A DNA stretch of 64,000 nt, from the IMG/VR virus record IMGVR_UViG_3300025809_002164, positions 32,001-96,000 of that record. The stretch is one strand, 5' to 3'. The DNA is from a virus. Positions 36,758 to 47,253 of this stretch are shown in pieces (the first letter of the stretch is position 1; each line of letters opens with the position of its first letter). Both the position numbers and the translations under genes were made by a program. The notes beneath the pieces are model-generated. The model was not told the origin of the DNA and made no database searches. It saw nothing but the letters and a program-made list of their open reading frames with translations.

Positions 36758-37699
36758 TTATTTAAGCCTAAGTTTTCCAGAAGATTTATTGTCTAGAAAA
36801 TCTGCATAAGTACTCTTTAGACCTTCTTTTATTGTGATGCTGGGACTCCATCCCATAGAATTAATTATGGATGTATCAAGTCTTTTAACTGGCGTTCCGT
36901 CTAGAGTACTCAAGTTGTAAAGTATGTCTCCCGTGAAGCCTACCACTTCTTTAACAAGTAAAGCTAATTCAGAGATCGTAATGTCGGACCCAGTACCTAC
37001 ATTAATTATATCTGGTAGGCTCTCCTTGTCTAATAGAAATAATATGCACATAGCTAAATCACTGGCGTGCATAAATTCCCTCCTAGCTTTTCCTGTGCCC
37101 CACATTTGAACATAGTCTTTGTTGTTATTTTTAGCTTCATCAAATTTTCTTATTAGAGCTGGGAGGACATGTGAATTTTCAGGGTGATAATTATCATTTT
37201 TGCCATATAAATTAGTAGGCATTAGTGAGTGGAAGTATACCCCGTGCTGGTTTCTATAATGCCTGCACATTTCTACACCTGCTATTTTAGCGAGAGCATA
37301 AGCTTCGTTAGTTTTTTCCAGAGGACCTGTTAGTAAGTATTCTTCCTTCAGGGGTTGGATTGAATCTCTGGGATATATGCAAGAGCTTCCGAGGTTTATA
37401 AATCTACTAACCTTGTTAACTAGGCAGGATTCGGTTATGTTTAAATTAATTAATAAATTATCTTTTATGAAATCTGCAGGGTATTCTTTGTTTGCATAAA
37501 TCCCGCCAACTTTTGCGGCACAATTTACAACAATGTCTGGCTTTACGTGACTGAAGAATGAATTTACTGAATTTAAATCGCAAAAATCTGCTTCATTTCT
37601 AGAGCAATGAATTGGGTTATAGTTTTCTGATTTGCTTAACGTTTCAAAAATTGAAGAGCCCACCATACCTCTGGACCCGCAAATTAAAACTTTTTTCAC
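36758..37699 (-). CDS. fcl: GDP-L-fucose synthase
   Basis: GSRGMVGS, AAKVGGI, GSSCIYP, NEAYALAK, PTNLYG, SHVLPAL, WGTG-x2-RREF. Confidence 0.95.
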   Translation of the reverse strand: MKKVLICGSRGMVGSSIFETLSKSENYNPIHCSRNEADFCDLNSVNSFFSHVKPDIVVNCAAKVGGIYANKEYPADFIKDNLLINLNITESCLVNKVSRFINLGSSCIYPRDSIQPLKEEYLLTGPLEKTNEAYALAKIAGVEMCRHYRNQHGVYFHSLMPTNLYGKNDNYHPENSHVLPALIRKFDEAKNNNKDYVQMWGTGKARREFMHASDLAMCILFLLDKESLPDIINVGTGSDITISELALLVKEVVGFTGDILYNLSTLDGTPVKRLDTSIINSMGWSPSITIKEGLKSTYADFLDNKSSGKLRLK

Positions 37700-38730
37700 T
37701 TAGATGATACTAAGCGATAATCATTTTCATACATTTTTTTTACTAAGCCCTTAAAGTCAGTCTTTCTTTTCCATCCAATTTCAGTTTCAGCTAGTTTAGG
37801 GTCTCCGCAAAGCTCGTGAACTTCTGCGGGCCTGTAGAATTTTTCATCAACCTCGACTATGACCGTGCCATCTTTGAGCTTAATTTTTTCACTCAAACCA
37901 TTCCCTGAAATTAAATACTCTATTGATGCTAAACTAAGACATTCTAAAATAAAATCTCTGACGGTATGCATTTCTCCACTGCCTAGTACATAATTTTTAG
38001 GTTCTTTTAGATTTAGCATCAGCCATACTCCATCCATGAAATCCTCAGCATCACTCCAATCTCTACGAGCATCAAGGTTTCCCAACTTTAATTTAGGAAT
38101 AGGATTGTTTTTCTCTATTGAGTGTTTTATTTTAGCCACACCGTTGCTTATTTTTCTAGTTACAAAATCTAAGCCCCTGCGAGAACCCTCGTGATTGAAA
38201 AGCCAGCCTTGCACCGCATATAATTTATACGATTCCCTATAGACCCTGACTAGGTGCCTAGCGGCACATTTAGCTGCTCCATATGGGGATTGTGGGTTAA
38301 GGGGGTGCTTCTCGTCCTGAGGCGAGTATTCAACATCTCCAAACTCTTCTGAGGACCCTGCATTATAAAACTTGCAGTGTGGTGCGAATCTCCTGATTGA
38401 TTCAAGTATATGTAATACTGCATTAGAATCGGTTTCCCATGTTTGTATGGGATATTTCCAGCTACCAGCCACAAATGATTGGGCGGCGAAATTAATAAAG
38501 TAATCTGGCTGAATCTCTAGAATAACATCTCTTATACTGTGAGCATCGTTTAGATCCATGTCTAAAATATGAAACCTAGGGTTCCCTTCTAGGTGTTCTA
38601 TGTTTTCGTGATTTTTTACGCTAAGTCTTCTTACTGTTCCAAATATTTGAAAATCAGTAAATTTTAATAAGTAGTCACACATGTGACTTCCATCTTGACC
38701 TGTTATTCCTGTAACTAGTACTTTTTTCAT
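37696..38730 (-). CDS. gmd: GDP-mannose 4,6-dehydratase
   Basis: TGITGQDGS, AAQSFV, SSEEFG, SPYGAAK, FNHE, FVTRKI, GNLDARRDW, RPAEV; GTGTA at 38741-38745. Confidence 0.95.
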   Translation of the reverse strand: MKKVLVTGITGQDGSHMCDYLLKFTDFQIFGTVRRLSVKNHENIEHLEGNPRFHILDMDLNDAHSIRDVILEIQPDYFINFAAQSFVAGSWKYPIQTWETDSNAVLHILESIRRFAPHCKFYNAGSSEEFGDVEYSPQDEKHPLNPQSPYGAAKCAARHLVRVYRESYKLYAVQGWLFNHEGSRRGLDFVTRKISNGVAKIKHSIEKNNPIPKLKLGNLDARRDWSDAEDFMDGVWLMLNLKEPKNYVLGSGEMHTVRDFILECLSLASIEYLISGNGLSEKIKLKDGTVIVEVDEKFYRPAEVHELCGDPKLAETEIGWKRKTDFKGLVKKMYENDYRLVSSK

Positions 38731-38768
38731 TTAAATAAAATACACTTATTGTTGATATTATTTTCTAC

Positions 38769-39176
38769 TTAATACTTATTTCTTTGGTATTTCTTAACAC
38801 ATTCAACTATTTTGTCATCTAGTTTATGGGGGAATGAATCTAGTAATTTTATGTCTGTCCAGACAAAGTCAGTATGCTCTTCGTTTAAATCGGGAATTAC
38901 CTCTGATTTAATCTCGCTCATATAGACGTGCAATAATGAGTCTTCCTCATATAATGTTTTTACATATTTAATGTCTTGAATTTTTAAATTTATGCCAGAC
39001 TCTTCTTTAGTTTCTCTTGCAGCACAGGATATTGGACCTTCGTTCTTCTCTATTGAACCTGTAAAAATTGACCAAAACCCACCAAATGGTAATGGGTTTT
39101 CTTTAGTACCCTCCGACCTCTTGCATAGGAGAATTTTGCCATTACATATTAAGCCAACCCCTGAGTACCTATTCAT
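38769..39176 (-). CDS. Nudix hydrolase
   Basis: Nudix box GSIEKNEGPISCAARETKEESGI; start overlaps the nrdA stop. Confidence 0.85.
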   Translation of the reverse strand: MNRYSGVGLICNGKILLCKRSEGTKENPLPFGGFWSIFTGSIEKNEGPISCAARETKEESGINLKIQDIKYVKTLYEEDSLLHVYMSEIKSEVIPDLNEEHTDFVWTDIKLLDSFPHKLDDKIVECVKKYQRNKY

Positions 39177-41656
39177 TGGCAGGACTCGCAGGGTTCTCCA
39201 TTTTTCATAGATTCAATACTGCAGGCAGATGCAGGTTTTTGATCGGTTGATTTTTCGATTTTACTTGCGGCCCTATTCCTTAGGTAGTAAGTAGTTTTTA
39301 GACCAGACTCCCAGCATTTCATGTATATATCATTTAGATATTTAAGGGAGGTTGAGCTGTTGTACAAATTAAAACTTACAGCTTGATCTATCCATTTTTG
39401 CCTACGAGCATTTACTTCTACGAGTTTCATCATATCTCTATCAAATGCTGTTTTGTATTTATTTTTAATATCCTCAGGGATGAATTCATTTAACAATGAT
39501 AAGTCTCCGTCAGCGTCCTTAACCATATTAGATATTTCTGAATTCCATAACCCAAGTTCTTTCATGTCGTTTACAAAATGAGGGTTTGTTATATAAAAAT
39601 TACCGCTCTTATTCTCGTATACAAAAAGCACAGAGAAATTAGGCTCTATACTTTGCTCTACTCCGTTAATATATCCTATAGTTGCTGTGGGAGCAATAGC
39701 CATTACGTTAGAGTTCCTCATTCCGAATTCAGCAACATGAGCTCTGACTTTACCCCAGTCTTTAAGTGTTTGACCATGGCCAGTTAGAGGCTTGCCGGTA
39801 ACAGATGCTTTAGATACTTTTTGTTTACCTTTATAAACCATTAAGTTATTGTAGGAATCAATCGGAAGAATATTTTGACTCCAGAGTGACCCATCAAAAG
39901 TTTCGTAAGATCCTCTCTCTTCCGCCAATATTGAGCTTGCATAAATTGCTTCGCATGAGTAAAATTCATAAAACTTGTCGTTCCATTCAGCAGCTTCATC
40001 GCTGTCTATTATGATGTTTTGCTTGTGAAGTACATCATGCATTCCCATTATACCTAAACCTATAGGTCTATGCTTTAGGTTTGAATTATTAGATTCCCTG
40101 GTAGGATAATAATTTATATCTATTACATTATCTAGCATTCGAATCGCCGTGTGTATTGTATTTTTCAACCTATCATAATCTAATGTATGATTATTTTCAC
40201 CGTGAGATGAGGCCTCCTTCATGTGATTCAATAAATTAATAGAGCCTAAGTTGCAAACAGCTGTTTCTCCTATCTTGGTTTTTTCACCCTTGCTATATTC
40301 TGAGGGTTTGGTGTGTAGAGTTATTTCAGTGCATAAGTTAGAGCTAAGAACCTGACCTTCATGTTGATTTGTGTATCTAATATTACATGGATCTTTAAAT
40401 GTACACCAAGGGTGTGAGGTCTCAAACAAAACTTTGAGCATTTTTTTCCATAAATCTTTTGCCGCTATTTTTCTGAAATTTTTAATTAATCCTGCTTCAG
40501 CCGACTTGCACATTTCTGAGTAGTGCTTATCAAAGTCTTTACTAAACCTATTGTGTAGTGTCTTTCCGTCTTCTGTTTTAGTGTCTTTTGGGTCAAAGAA
40601 ATACCAATCATCTTCGCTCTGAACTCGCCTCATAAATTCATCGGGTATCCAGGCTGCGGTATTCATGTCGTGGCATCGAAGCCTTTCGTCTCCGGTGTTC
40701 CTCCTTAAGTTAAGGAAGTCTTCAAAATCTAAGTGCCATGGCTCTAAGTATGCACAACCAGCTCCAGGTCTTTTACCTCCTTGGTTGACGGCTACAAGTA
40801 AGTCGTTAAATATTTTAAGCCATGGAACTAACCCGCTAGAGATTCCGTTAGTTCCTTCAATGTGAGATCCTGTGGATCTGAAAGGGGTGACATCTAGGCC
40901 TAGACCTCCGGCAAATTTAGACTTCCTAGCTTCTTGCCATGCTCCGTCAAATATTCCATCTATACTATCATCAAAAGTGTTCAAATAGCAAGAACTTAAT
41001 TGGGAGTGTGTGGTTCCACTGTTAAATAATGTGGGTGTAGATGGAGTATAGAGTAATAAACTAATTAAGTCATAGAACTCTATAGCTTTTTCGTTTTTAT
41101 TTTCTTCGTTTATCGATAGGCCCATTGCTACCCTCATCCAAAAAGATTGAGGAGTTTCCATTACTTTGTTGTCCAGCCTAATAAAATATCTATCGTACAA
41201 TATTTGAGCTCCTAAATATTTTAAGTTCTTATCTCTAGTTATTCTTATAGATTCTGACAACATATTTAGGTCAAAGTCTAACAATTTAGGGTCAAGCCTG
41301 CCTTCTTTAACTAACTTTTTAGTATTTTGAATAAAGCTTTTTCTATATTGTAATCTAAATGTATCTGAGTCTACCCCTTCGTTGAATACTTCTTTATATA
41401 AATTGTTTAATAATAAACCTGCAGCCGCAAAAGAATAGTTTGGTTCTTTTTCGATTTTTTCTCTAGCTGATAATATTAAGGCTTGGTCAATTTCCCTAGT
41501 AGTTATCTTATCAAAGAGTTGAAGTTGGGCGTCAAGAACTATTTCACTAGCTGACACATCTTCTATGTTTTCGCAGGCTCTTAGTGAGCTTGCATTAATT
41601 TTATCCACATTAAATTCTTCTAATCTTCCATTTCTTTTCTTAACTTTAATTTGCAT
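39173..41656 (-). CDS. nrdA: Ribonucleotide reductase class I alpha subunit with ATP cone
   Basis: VKKRNG ATP cone, TPTLFN, SSCY, SNLCTEI, VCNLGS, APTATI, KTTYY, C-terminal CESCQ. Confidence 0.95.
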   Translation of the reverse strand: MQIKVKKRNGRLEEFNVDKINASSLRACENIEDVSASEIVLDAQLQLFDKITTREIDQALILSAREKIEKEPNYSFAAAGLLLNNLYKEVFNEGVDSDTFRLQYRKSFIQNTKKLVKEGRLDPKLLDFDLNMLSESIRITRDKNLKYLGAQILYDRYFIRLDNKVMETPQSFWMRVAMGLSINEENKNEKAIEFYDLISLLLYTPSTPTLFNSGTTHSQLSSCYLNTFDDSIDGIFDGAWQEARKSKFAGGLGLDVTPFRSTGSHIEGTNGISSGLVPWLKIFNDLLVAVNQGGKRPGAGCAYLEPWHLDFEDFLNLRRNTGDERLRCHDMNTAAWIPDEFMRRVQSEDDWYFFDPKDTKTEDGKTLHNRFSKDFDKHYSEMCKSAEAGLIKNFRKIAAKDLWKKMLKVLFETSHPWCTFKDPCNIRYTNQHEGQVLSSNLCTEITLHTKPSEYSKGEKTKIGETAVCNLGSINLLNHMKEASSHGENNHTLDYDRLKNTIHTAIRMLDNVIDINYYPTRESNNSNLKHRPIGLGIMGMHDVLHKQNIIIDSDEAAEWNDKFYEFYSCEAIYASSILAEERGSYETFDGSLWSQNILPIDSYNNLMVYKGKQKVSKASVTGKPLTGHGQTLKDWGKVRAHVAEFGMRNSNVMAIAPTATIGYINGVEQSIEPNFSVLFVYENKSGNFYITNPHFVNDMKELGLWNSEISNMVKDADGDLSLLNEFIPEDIKNKYKTAFDRDMMKLVEVNARRQKWIDQAVSFNLYNSSTSLKYLNDIYMKCWESGLKTTYYLRNRAASKIEKSTDQKPASACSIESMKNGEPCESCQ

Positions 41657-41712
41657 CGTTATATATTGTATGTTTTAGGGTATATTCTTTCCACTATAAG
41701 AAGGAAATTATT

Positions 41713-41741
41713 AATATAGCATAGAACTAGAATAACATCAA
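41713..41741 (-). promoter_or_regulatory. Probable sigma70-type promoter for nrdA
   Basis: TTGATG-17 nt-TATATT with extended TG. Confidence 0.5.
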
Positions 41742-41768
41742 GGATAAAAGTCAATAGTTATTAACAAT

Positions 41769-42563
41769 TTATCTCATTGATGGAAGCATTTTACTATTAT
41801 TGTTGTGGTTATGGTGCGCTGGAGAACCCCATTTATTATTAAAGAAGGAATGAGCCATAGCCTCTTTTTTTGAACTTTCTGAATTTTGTTCAGAATTACT
41901 TCTAGTGGCGGCTCCGGCGAAATGATAAAAGTTACAGTTGTATGTCCTTTGCATTTTGAGCCCCCAGTATTCACACTTTAGAAAAAAGTCCCAGTCAACC
42001 ACGTGTGGGGAAGGGTAGAGTTCGTCCCACCCGCCTAGAGCTAAAAAGTCATGTTTATTCATCGCAAAAGGAAGTGTGGAACCTTCATCTGTGATTTTAT
42101 TTTCCCTTAGAAGTACTTCCTGCTCTTGAAACTCACCAATGTTGAATATTGCTGGGTCGCGTCCAAAATCTTTAATGATAAACTGAGGAAATATTGAGGG
42201 TTGGGGCTCAATTTGGTTCAAGCTTAAGACTGATTTTGGTTGCAGTTCTTGACTTATGACTGTATCCCAGTTTGACGGAAATATATTATCATCATTAACC
42301 ACCAATATGGTTTCGTGAGTTGAGTTATAAACTCCTAGGTTGGTGGCGACTGAAAGCCCTTGGTTCTTTTGTAAATTGAGTACTTTAAAATTATTTTCAA
42401 GCTCTTGATACTTATTAATTACTGATTTATTTAAGTCAAAAAAACCATCAGCCACAACTATGACTTCAAAGTTGTTTCTCGATGATGGATTTAAGTACAG
42501 GGACTTTATGCAAGCGTCTAAATGCCCTGGCTCTTGGTATGTTGGTATAATTACTGATATCAT
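41769..42563 (-). CDS. Glycosyltransferase family 2
   Basis: ISVIIPTY, EVIVVADG, NQG-x3-ATN, VNDD, GGWDE, DWDF. Confidence 0.88.
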   Translation of the reverse strand: MISVIIPTYQEPGHLDACIKSLYLNPSSRNNFEVIVVADGFFDLNKSVINKYQELENNFKVLNLQKNQGLSVATNLGVYNSTHETILVVNDDNIFPSNWDTVISQELQPKSVLSLNQIEPQPSIFPQFIIKDFGRDPAIFNIGEFQEQEVLLRENKITDEGSTLPFAMNKHDFLALGGWDELYPSPHVVDWDFFLKCEYWGLKMQRTYNCNFYHFAGAATRSNSEQNSESSKKEAMAHSFFNNKWGSPAHHNHNNNSKMLPSMR

Positions 42564-43264
42564 ATTTTATTCCAATTTGTTAAAGGAGATAACCATTTGG
42601 TTTCTCCATGGGTTGAGTAACCTGGTAAGGGTGTAATTAATAACTCCTTATTATTGCCTAATTCTAGAAACATTTGAAAATCATTTGGGTGGGTTCCTGA
42701 TGTGTGTTTTCTTAAGATGGATTCACATCGTTTTAAGGTAGATACCTTAGCGGCAAAAGTCATGGTTGTACTATTAGTTATCTTCCAGTGGCAACTATTG
42801 GTTAGGTATACCTTGGTAGTTTCAGCCCCCCCATCGCAATATGGGTTGCCGCCTTGTGAGGGCTCTAAATATTTATCAGGATGATCATACAAAGAAACAA
42901 ATGATGCCCCTAGGGCAAACCCTTCTTCTAGGGCTTTTTGGGATTGAAATTTGTGTAGGTAGTCGTTTTCAATAAAATAAATAATTTCATCATCAGGAGA
43001 TGTAAGAGCTTCGTCTAAAGCTAAATTGAATGTTCCTGCCCCATGCCCTATAGACACTTCTTTTAGGAAGAAGGGAAGTACTTTAGCACCTTCCACTTCG
43101 TGTTTTACCATATCAAGAGTTTTAGTAGAACAATTATCTGCTATTATTGACCATTCTGTATTAGTGAATTCTTTGAGAGCATTTTTTAAACATTCTCCAT
43201 TATTAATATAGTCAGGTTTTACTTTCTTGTATCCAGCATCTGATATTCTATATATTATTTTCAT
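42560..43264 (-). CDS. GT-A fold glycosyltransferase-like protein
   Basis: IIADN, IYFIENDYLH, SLYDHPDKY, STHGE. Confidence 0.6.
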   Translation of the reverse strand: MKIIYRISDAGYKKVKPDYINNGECLKNALKEFTNTEWSIIADNCSTKTLDMVKHEVEGAKVLPFFLKEVSIGHGAGTFNLALDEALTSPDDEIIYFIENDYLHKFQSQKALEEGFALGASFVSLYDHPDKYLEPSQGGNPYCDGGAETTKVYLTNSCHWKITNSTTMTFAAKVSTLKRCESILRKHTSGTHPNDFQMFLELGNNKELLITPLPGYSTHGETKWLSPLTNWNKI

Positions 43265-43848
43265 ACTCGCTCAATTATAGTGAAACCATTATTATTAGTA
43301 AATCTTTCTTTTAACTTCCAAGCATCCTTATTTTCATCTAAAAATTCAGTAACAGCATCCCATAGACCTTTATCCCAAACTAATTCATCTCCAAACCCAT
43401 TCTCTGATGTTGTAGGTTCACTGTGATGTTCATAGGAAGTGGTATCATGAAAACATATATATTTTTTTGCTTTGGGTGAGTGTTTTTCTAATTCAGCTTT
43501 TAATTGATTATAATGATGCCAGGTATCAATAAATAATAAATCAGTTTCTTCAATATCAATTTCAAGTACATTAGCTTCTACAAATTCAAAATTAAGTCCA
43601 TAAGCTTTAGCTGTTTCTTCTACTTCTTTTATATTTCCTCCCCATCTGGATGGGTTGTATAGATCGTAAGAAATAAGTTTAGTTTTTGGAGCTGATGCTA
43701 GCCATCCCCAAGTTGATAAAACACTTCTTACCCCCATTTCTGTAATATGATCACATTCTTGACCATACTTTAATATTGTTGGTATATGTTCATTTATATC
43801 AGAAGGGGTTTGATATAATTTATTTATTTTTTCTTCTAAGTCTATCAT
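43261..43848 (-). CDS. Class I SAM methyltransferase (Methyltransf_24-like)
   Basis: TEMGVR, DLLFIDTWH, FHDT. Confidence 0.75.
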   Translation of the reverse strand: MIDLEEKINKLYQTPSDINEHIPTILKYGQECDHITEMGVRSVLSTWGWLASAPKTKLISYDLYNPSRWGGNIKEVEETAKAYGLNFEFVEANVLEIDIEETDLLFIDTWHHYNQLKAELEKHSPKAKKYICFHDTTSYEHHSEPTTSENGFGDELVWDKGLWDAVTEFLDENKDAWKLKERFTNNNGFTIIERV

Positions 43849-44597
43849 AACATTTTATTTATTGATTTTTGCATTTTATTTTCATGGTTTCCTAATTTAT
43901 TTCTTCCTTGCTCTCCATTAATGTAAATATTGGGAAGATGATGTATTAAGTTATCTTTAAATTCACTTATACAAATCATTTTTTTCATTCCACAAAATTG
44001 ATATATGTCTGTATTAACTTTACATTTGACACTATATCCTGATTGTCCAAAAAACTGAGTAAAGTTATATTGTTCACATATTTTATGTAGTTGTTCTTTT
44101 GTAATAATAAAAGTTGCTTGGTGTAGGTTAGTAAAATGTGCGAATTTTTTACCCTCATATTCTTCTACACTATTATAATTCCAATCATAATGAGCGTGAT
44201 AAGCAGGGTAATATTTTCCTATTTCATTTTCTTCATATTGAATTAACCCAGCTATTCTATTCTTAGGTAAAATATTAGTATACTCTAGATATTTGTCAAT
44301 ATGATGTTCTTTAAATAGATGATCATTTTCACCAAATAAAAATACATCAAAATCATCTTTATGGTCCCATATAACTTGTTTACAAGTTAATGGTAATAAC
44401 TGATAATTATCCAATTCAATAACATTAACATGATCTATACCCAGTATATCAAGTTTTATATTACTATTTACAACAATAAAAACTTCATATTTTTGAAACG
44501 ATTTTAACTCACTAACTACTTGTTGGAGATATTGAAGTTGATCCTCTCCATAATTTACTAATACTGCTAATATATTTTGTTTTTCTTTACTTTCCAT
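43845..44597 (-). CDS. Putative glycosyltransferase-like protein
   Basis: FLFGENDH DxD-like motif, LIHHLPN; cluster context. Confidence 0.5.
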   Translation of the reverse strand: MESKEKQNILAVLVNYGEDQLQYLQQVVSELKSFQKYEVFIVVNSNIKLDILGIDHVNVIELDNYQLLPLTCKQVIWDHKDDFDVFLFGENDHLFKEHHIDKYLEYTNILPKNRIAGLIQYEENEIGKYYPAYHAHYDWNYNSVEEYEGKKFAHFTNLHQATFIITKEQLHKICEQYNFTQFFGQSGYSVKCKVNTDIYQFCGMKKMICISEFKDNLIHHLPNIYINGEQGRNKLGNHENKMQKSINKML

Positions 44598-45597
44598 ATT
44601 GTATGTTAGACTTTTTATATATTTCTTCTATCAAAATAATGACATTATTTGTCTCTTCCAAGCTAAAATTATTTAAATTTCGATAAACTTCAGGATGGTT
44701 AGGACATGATCCTTGATATGAGCCATATGAATTAGGTTTATTTATCTTAGAATATTTTTTAGATATTTTATTATATTCATTTTTAAATCCTTGACTTAAA
44801 AAATTAGCTGATTCTATAATATTAAGAGCTTTCCCTCCAATTTTAATATAACCATTAGAACCCATTAAAGTTATAGAACTTTCTATGTTGTGGGGTTCTG
44901 ATGCTATTGTGGATTCAATAGTACCCCCAAATTTACCATAATCAACTAGAGAATAAACTGTATCTTCAATTATAGCATCCTTATGTTTAGTAGTATAGGT
45001 TTTTGTTGATAATACTTCTTTAGGATTTCCAATTAAATATTGTAAGACATCTAAATAGTGGATTGCAGTTTCGTATAATATACCACCTCCTACATCCGGT
45101 TGTCCTCTCCATCCTGAAAAGTATTCTAAAGGTCTTTGCCATCTTTGTGTAAATGAAAATCCTCTAATTTCTCCTAATAATTTCTCTTTTAAAACTTCTT
45201 TCACTAAACTAACTGTTGGGTTTAATCTAACTTGTAAAACACAATATACTTTTTGTTTATTTTTATCAGCACAATCTTGAATTAACTTTATATCTTGAAT
45301 ATTAAATGATACTGGTTTTTCTATTAAAACATCACAATCTTTCTCTAATGAAAAAATAGCTTGCTCCTTATGTAATGAATTTGGGGTTGCTATTACAATA
45401 AAATTTAAATCCTCAACAGCTATCATATCCTTATAATCCGTATAAGAAGGTACTTTATATCTCTTTCCTAAGCTTTTTATTAATGATGGTTGAATATCAC
45501 ATACTGAAGATAATTCAAAATCTGAGTTAGCCTCTATTGCTTCTATATGTCTAGGGAATATCCCACCACACCCTATTATTCCTACTTTATGTTTCAT
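44587..45597 (-). CDS. Gfo/Idh/MocA oxidoreductase, WbpB/WlbA-like sugar C3 dehydrogenase
   Basis: GIIGCGGI, ATPNSLH, IEKP, QVRLNP, WQRPLEYF, GGILY-x3-IHYLD; ATGA overlap start at 45597. Confidence 0.8.
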   Translation of the reverse strand: MKHKVGIIGCGGIFPRHIEAIEANSDFELSSVCDIQPSLIKSLGKRYKVPSYTDYKDMIAVEDLNFIVIATPNSLHKEQAIFSLEKDCDVLIEKPVSFNIQDIKLIQDCADKNKQKVYCVLQVRLNPTVSLVKEVLKEKLLGEIRGFSFTQRWQRPLEYFSGWRGQPDVGGGILYETAIHYLDVLQYLIGNPKEVLSTKTYTTKHKDAIIEDTVYSLVDYGKFGGTIESTIASEPHNIESSITLMGSNGYIKIGGKALNIIESANFLSQGFKNEYNKISKKYSKINKPNSYGSYQGSCPNHPEVYRNLNNFSLEETNNVIILIEEIYKKSNIQYGK

Positions 45598-46571
45598 TTT
45601 AATTTGTTTTGATACCAACTAATAGTTTCTCCTAAACCATATGTAAAGTCAGTAAGTTGATAATTAATTAGTGATTTTATTTTTTTATTACTGGCTATAT
45701 GACATTCTACATCTGCTTTTCTAGTCGGTTTATAAACTATATCCTTTACATTATAATCCATCCCTCTCATAATATTACAGATATCTTCTATAACTTCTTT
45801 AATAGTAATTTGACCATCTGTAGATATATTTACTGATTCCTTTGGTTTTAATTTATTATAAACCTTTATAATAGCATCTACAGTATCATGTACATAAATA
45901 AAATCTCTACTTTGTAATCCATCTCCCCAAATTTCTGGGGGTTTATTATTAATTAGGTTAAACATAGTAACAGGAATTACAGCAGCTAAAGGTGGTTTTG
46001 CATTTTGTCTAGGACCATAATTATTAAATGGTCTAACTATAAAGGCATCCAAATCAAAACTATCTACCCAAGATTCTAATGCTTTATCTGCACCTACCTT
46101 CCCAGCAGCATATGTTGTTTTTGGATTTAAGGGATGGTTTTCATCCATAGGCTCATAAACAGCACTACCAAATACTTCTGATGTGGAGAAATGTACTAAT
46201 GTTTTAAATTTATTTTTACGTTGAAGTTCTAATAAATTAACTATAATATTAGTGTTACAATGAAAACCATTTGCCGGGTTTAAAAAAGTATAATTAATTG
46301 GTTTTGTAGCACAATTAAAAACTATATCAATGTTATGCTTATTAAATATATATTCTAAAGAAGTATATATCTCACAATCATCTTTATAAAGAATAACTCC
46401 CTGTTTAAAAGCATCTTTTAAATTATCTTCATTCCCAAGAAACATATTATCTATAACAATTACTTGTTTAGCTCCTTCTAATAATAGTCTATCGACTAAA
46501 TGGCTTCCTATAAATCCAGCTCCACCAGTAACTAGAATTGTACTATTTTTAATTTTTGGTCTATTTCCCAT
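45594..46571 (-). CDS. NAD-dependent nucleotide-sugar epimerase/4,6-dehydratase
   Basis: TGGAGFIGSH, STSEVFG, YAAGK, RPFNNYGPRQ, GDGLQSRDF. Confidence 0.88.
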   Translation of the reverse strand: MGNRPKIKNSTILVTGGAGFIGSHLVDRLLLEGAKQVIVIDNMFLGNEDNLKDAFKQGVILYKDDCEIYTSLEYIFNKHNIDIVFNCATKPINYTFLNPANGFHCNTNIIVNLLELQRKNKFKTLVHFSTSEVFGSAVYEPMDENHPLNPKTTYAAGKVGADKALESWVDSFDLDAFIVRPFNNYGPRQNAKPPLAAVIPVTMFNLINNKPPEIWGDGLQSRDFIYVHDTVDAIIKVYNKLKPKESVNISTDGQITIKEVIEDICNIMRGMDYNVKDIVYKPTRKADVECHIASNKKIKSLINYQLTDFTYGLGETISWYQNKLK

Positions 46572-47253
46572 TTTTATTTTTATATTCTATAAATTTTTGG
46601 TGTAATGTTTTTTCTATGTCTTCAGGAACAGATTTATAGTAAGTACCTTCCCCTAAAATTTGAGTAGGTATATTTTCTTTAAGTGATGTTATAGAGTCTA
46701 CCATTAGTTTTTGTTCTAGATTTTGAATTCTAATGTTTAAGTCAATTAAGGTATCATCTTTATAGACTTTAATTGTGGATTTCGTAATAACTTTCCCCCT
46801 ATCAATTGATTTATCGATTAAATGTGTTGTTACTCCTTGAGATATATTATCTAAAACCGCCCATTTAATGTTATCTAAACCTCTATTTTCAGGTAATAAT
46901 CCGGGATGCATATTAAGTACCCCTATATTAAAACTTTCAAAGGCAATAGGTTTTAATATTCTAGCTCCTAATATCACACCTAAATCTAAATTATACTCTT
47001 TTACTAATTTTTGGGTTTCTTCAGAATTATGGACAACTACTTTATAATCAATTCCATGCTGTTCTGCTATTATTTTAGGATGGGATAAATATAGATCTTT
47101 AGGTGTTATTCTTATTTTTGATTTATAAAAATTTAATTCAACTGGATTAGCCGCAAGTATTACTTTAGGTTTATTACCTGATATTATTAAATTATTTATT
47201 CCTTCTTGGGTTTTCCAATGTGAAAAATTATAAGCAAAAACTCCTATATTCAT
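46561..47253 (-). CDS. Formyltransferase-family protein (candidate sugar N-formyltransferase)
   Basis: NMHPGLLPENRG, THLIDKSIDRG. Confidence 0.8.
   Translation of the reverse strand: MNIGVFAYNFSHWKTQEGINNLIISGNKPKVILAANPVELNFYKSKIRITPKDLYLSHPKIIAEQHGIDYKVVVHNSEETQKLVKEYNLDLGVILGARILKPIAFESFNIGVLNMHPGLLPENRGLDNIKWAVLDNISQGVTTHLIDKSIDRGKVITKSTIKVYKDDTLIDLNIRIQNLEQKLMVDSITSLKENIPTQILGEGTYYKSVPEDIEKTLHQKFIEYKNKNGK

Noticed and set aside
41657-41675. NrdR box upstream of nrdA (and similar text before nrdB)
   Set aside because: ACAATATATAAC matches only the AT-rich core and lacks the right-hand G of the palindrome; likely chance in AT-rich DNA.
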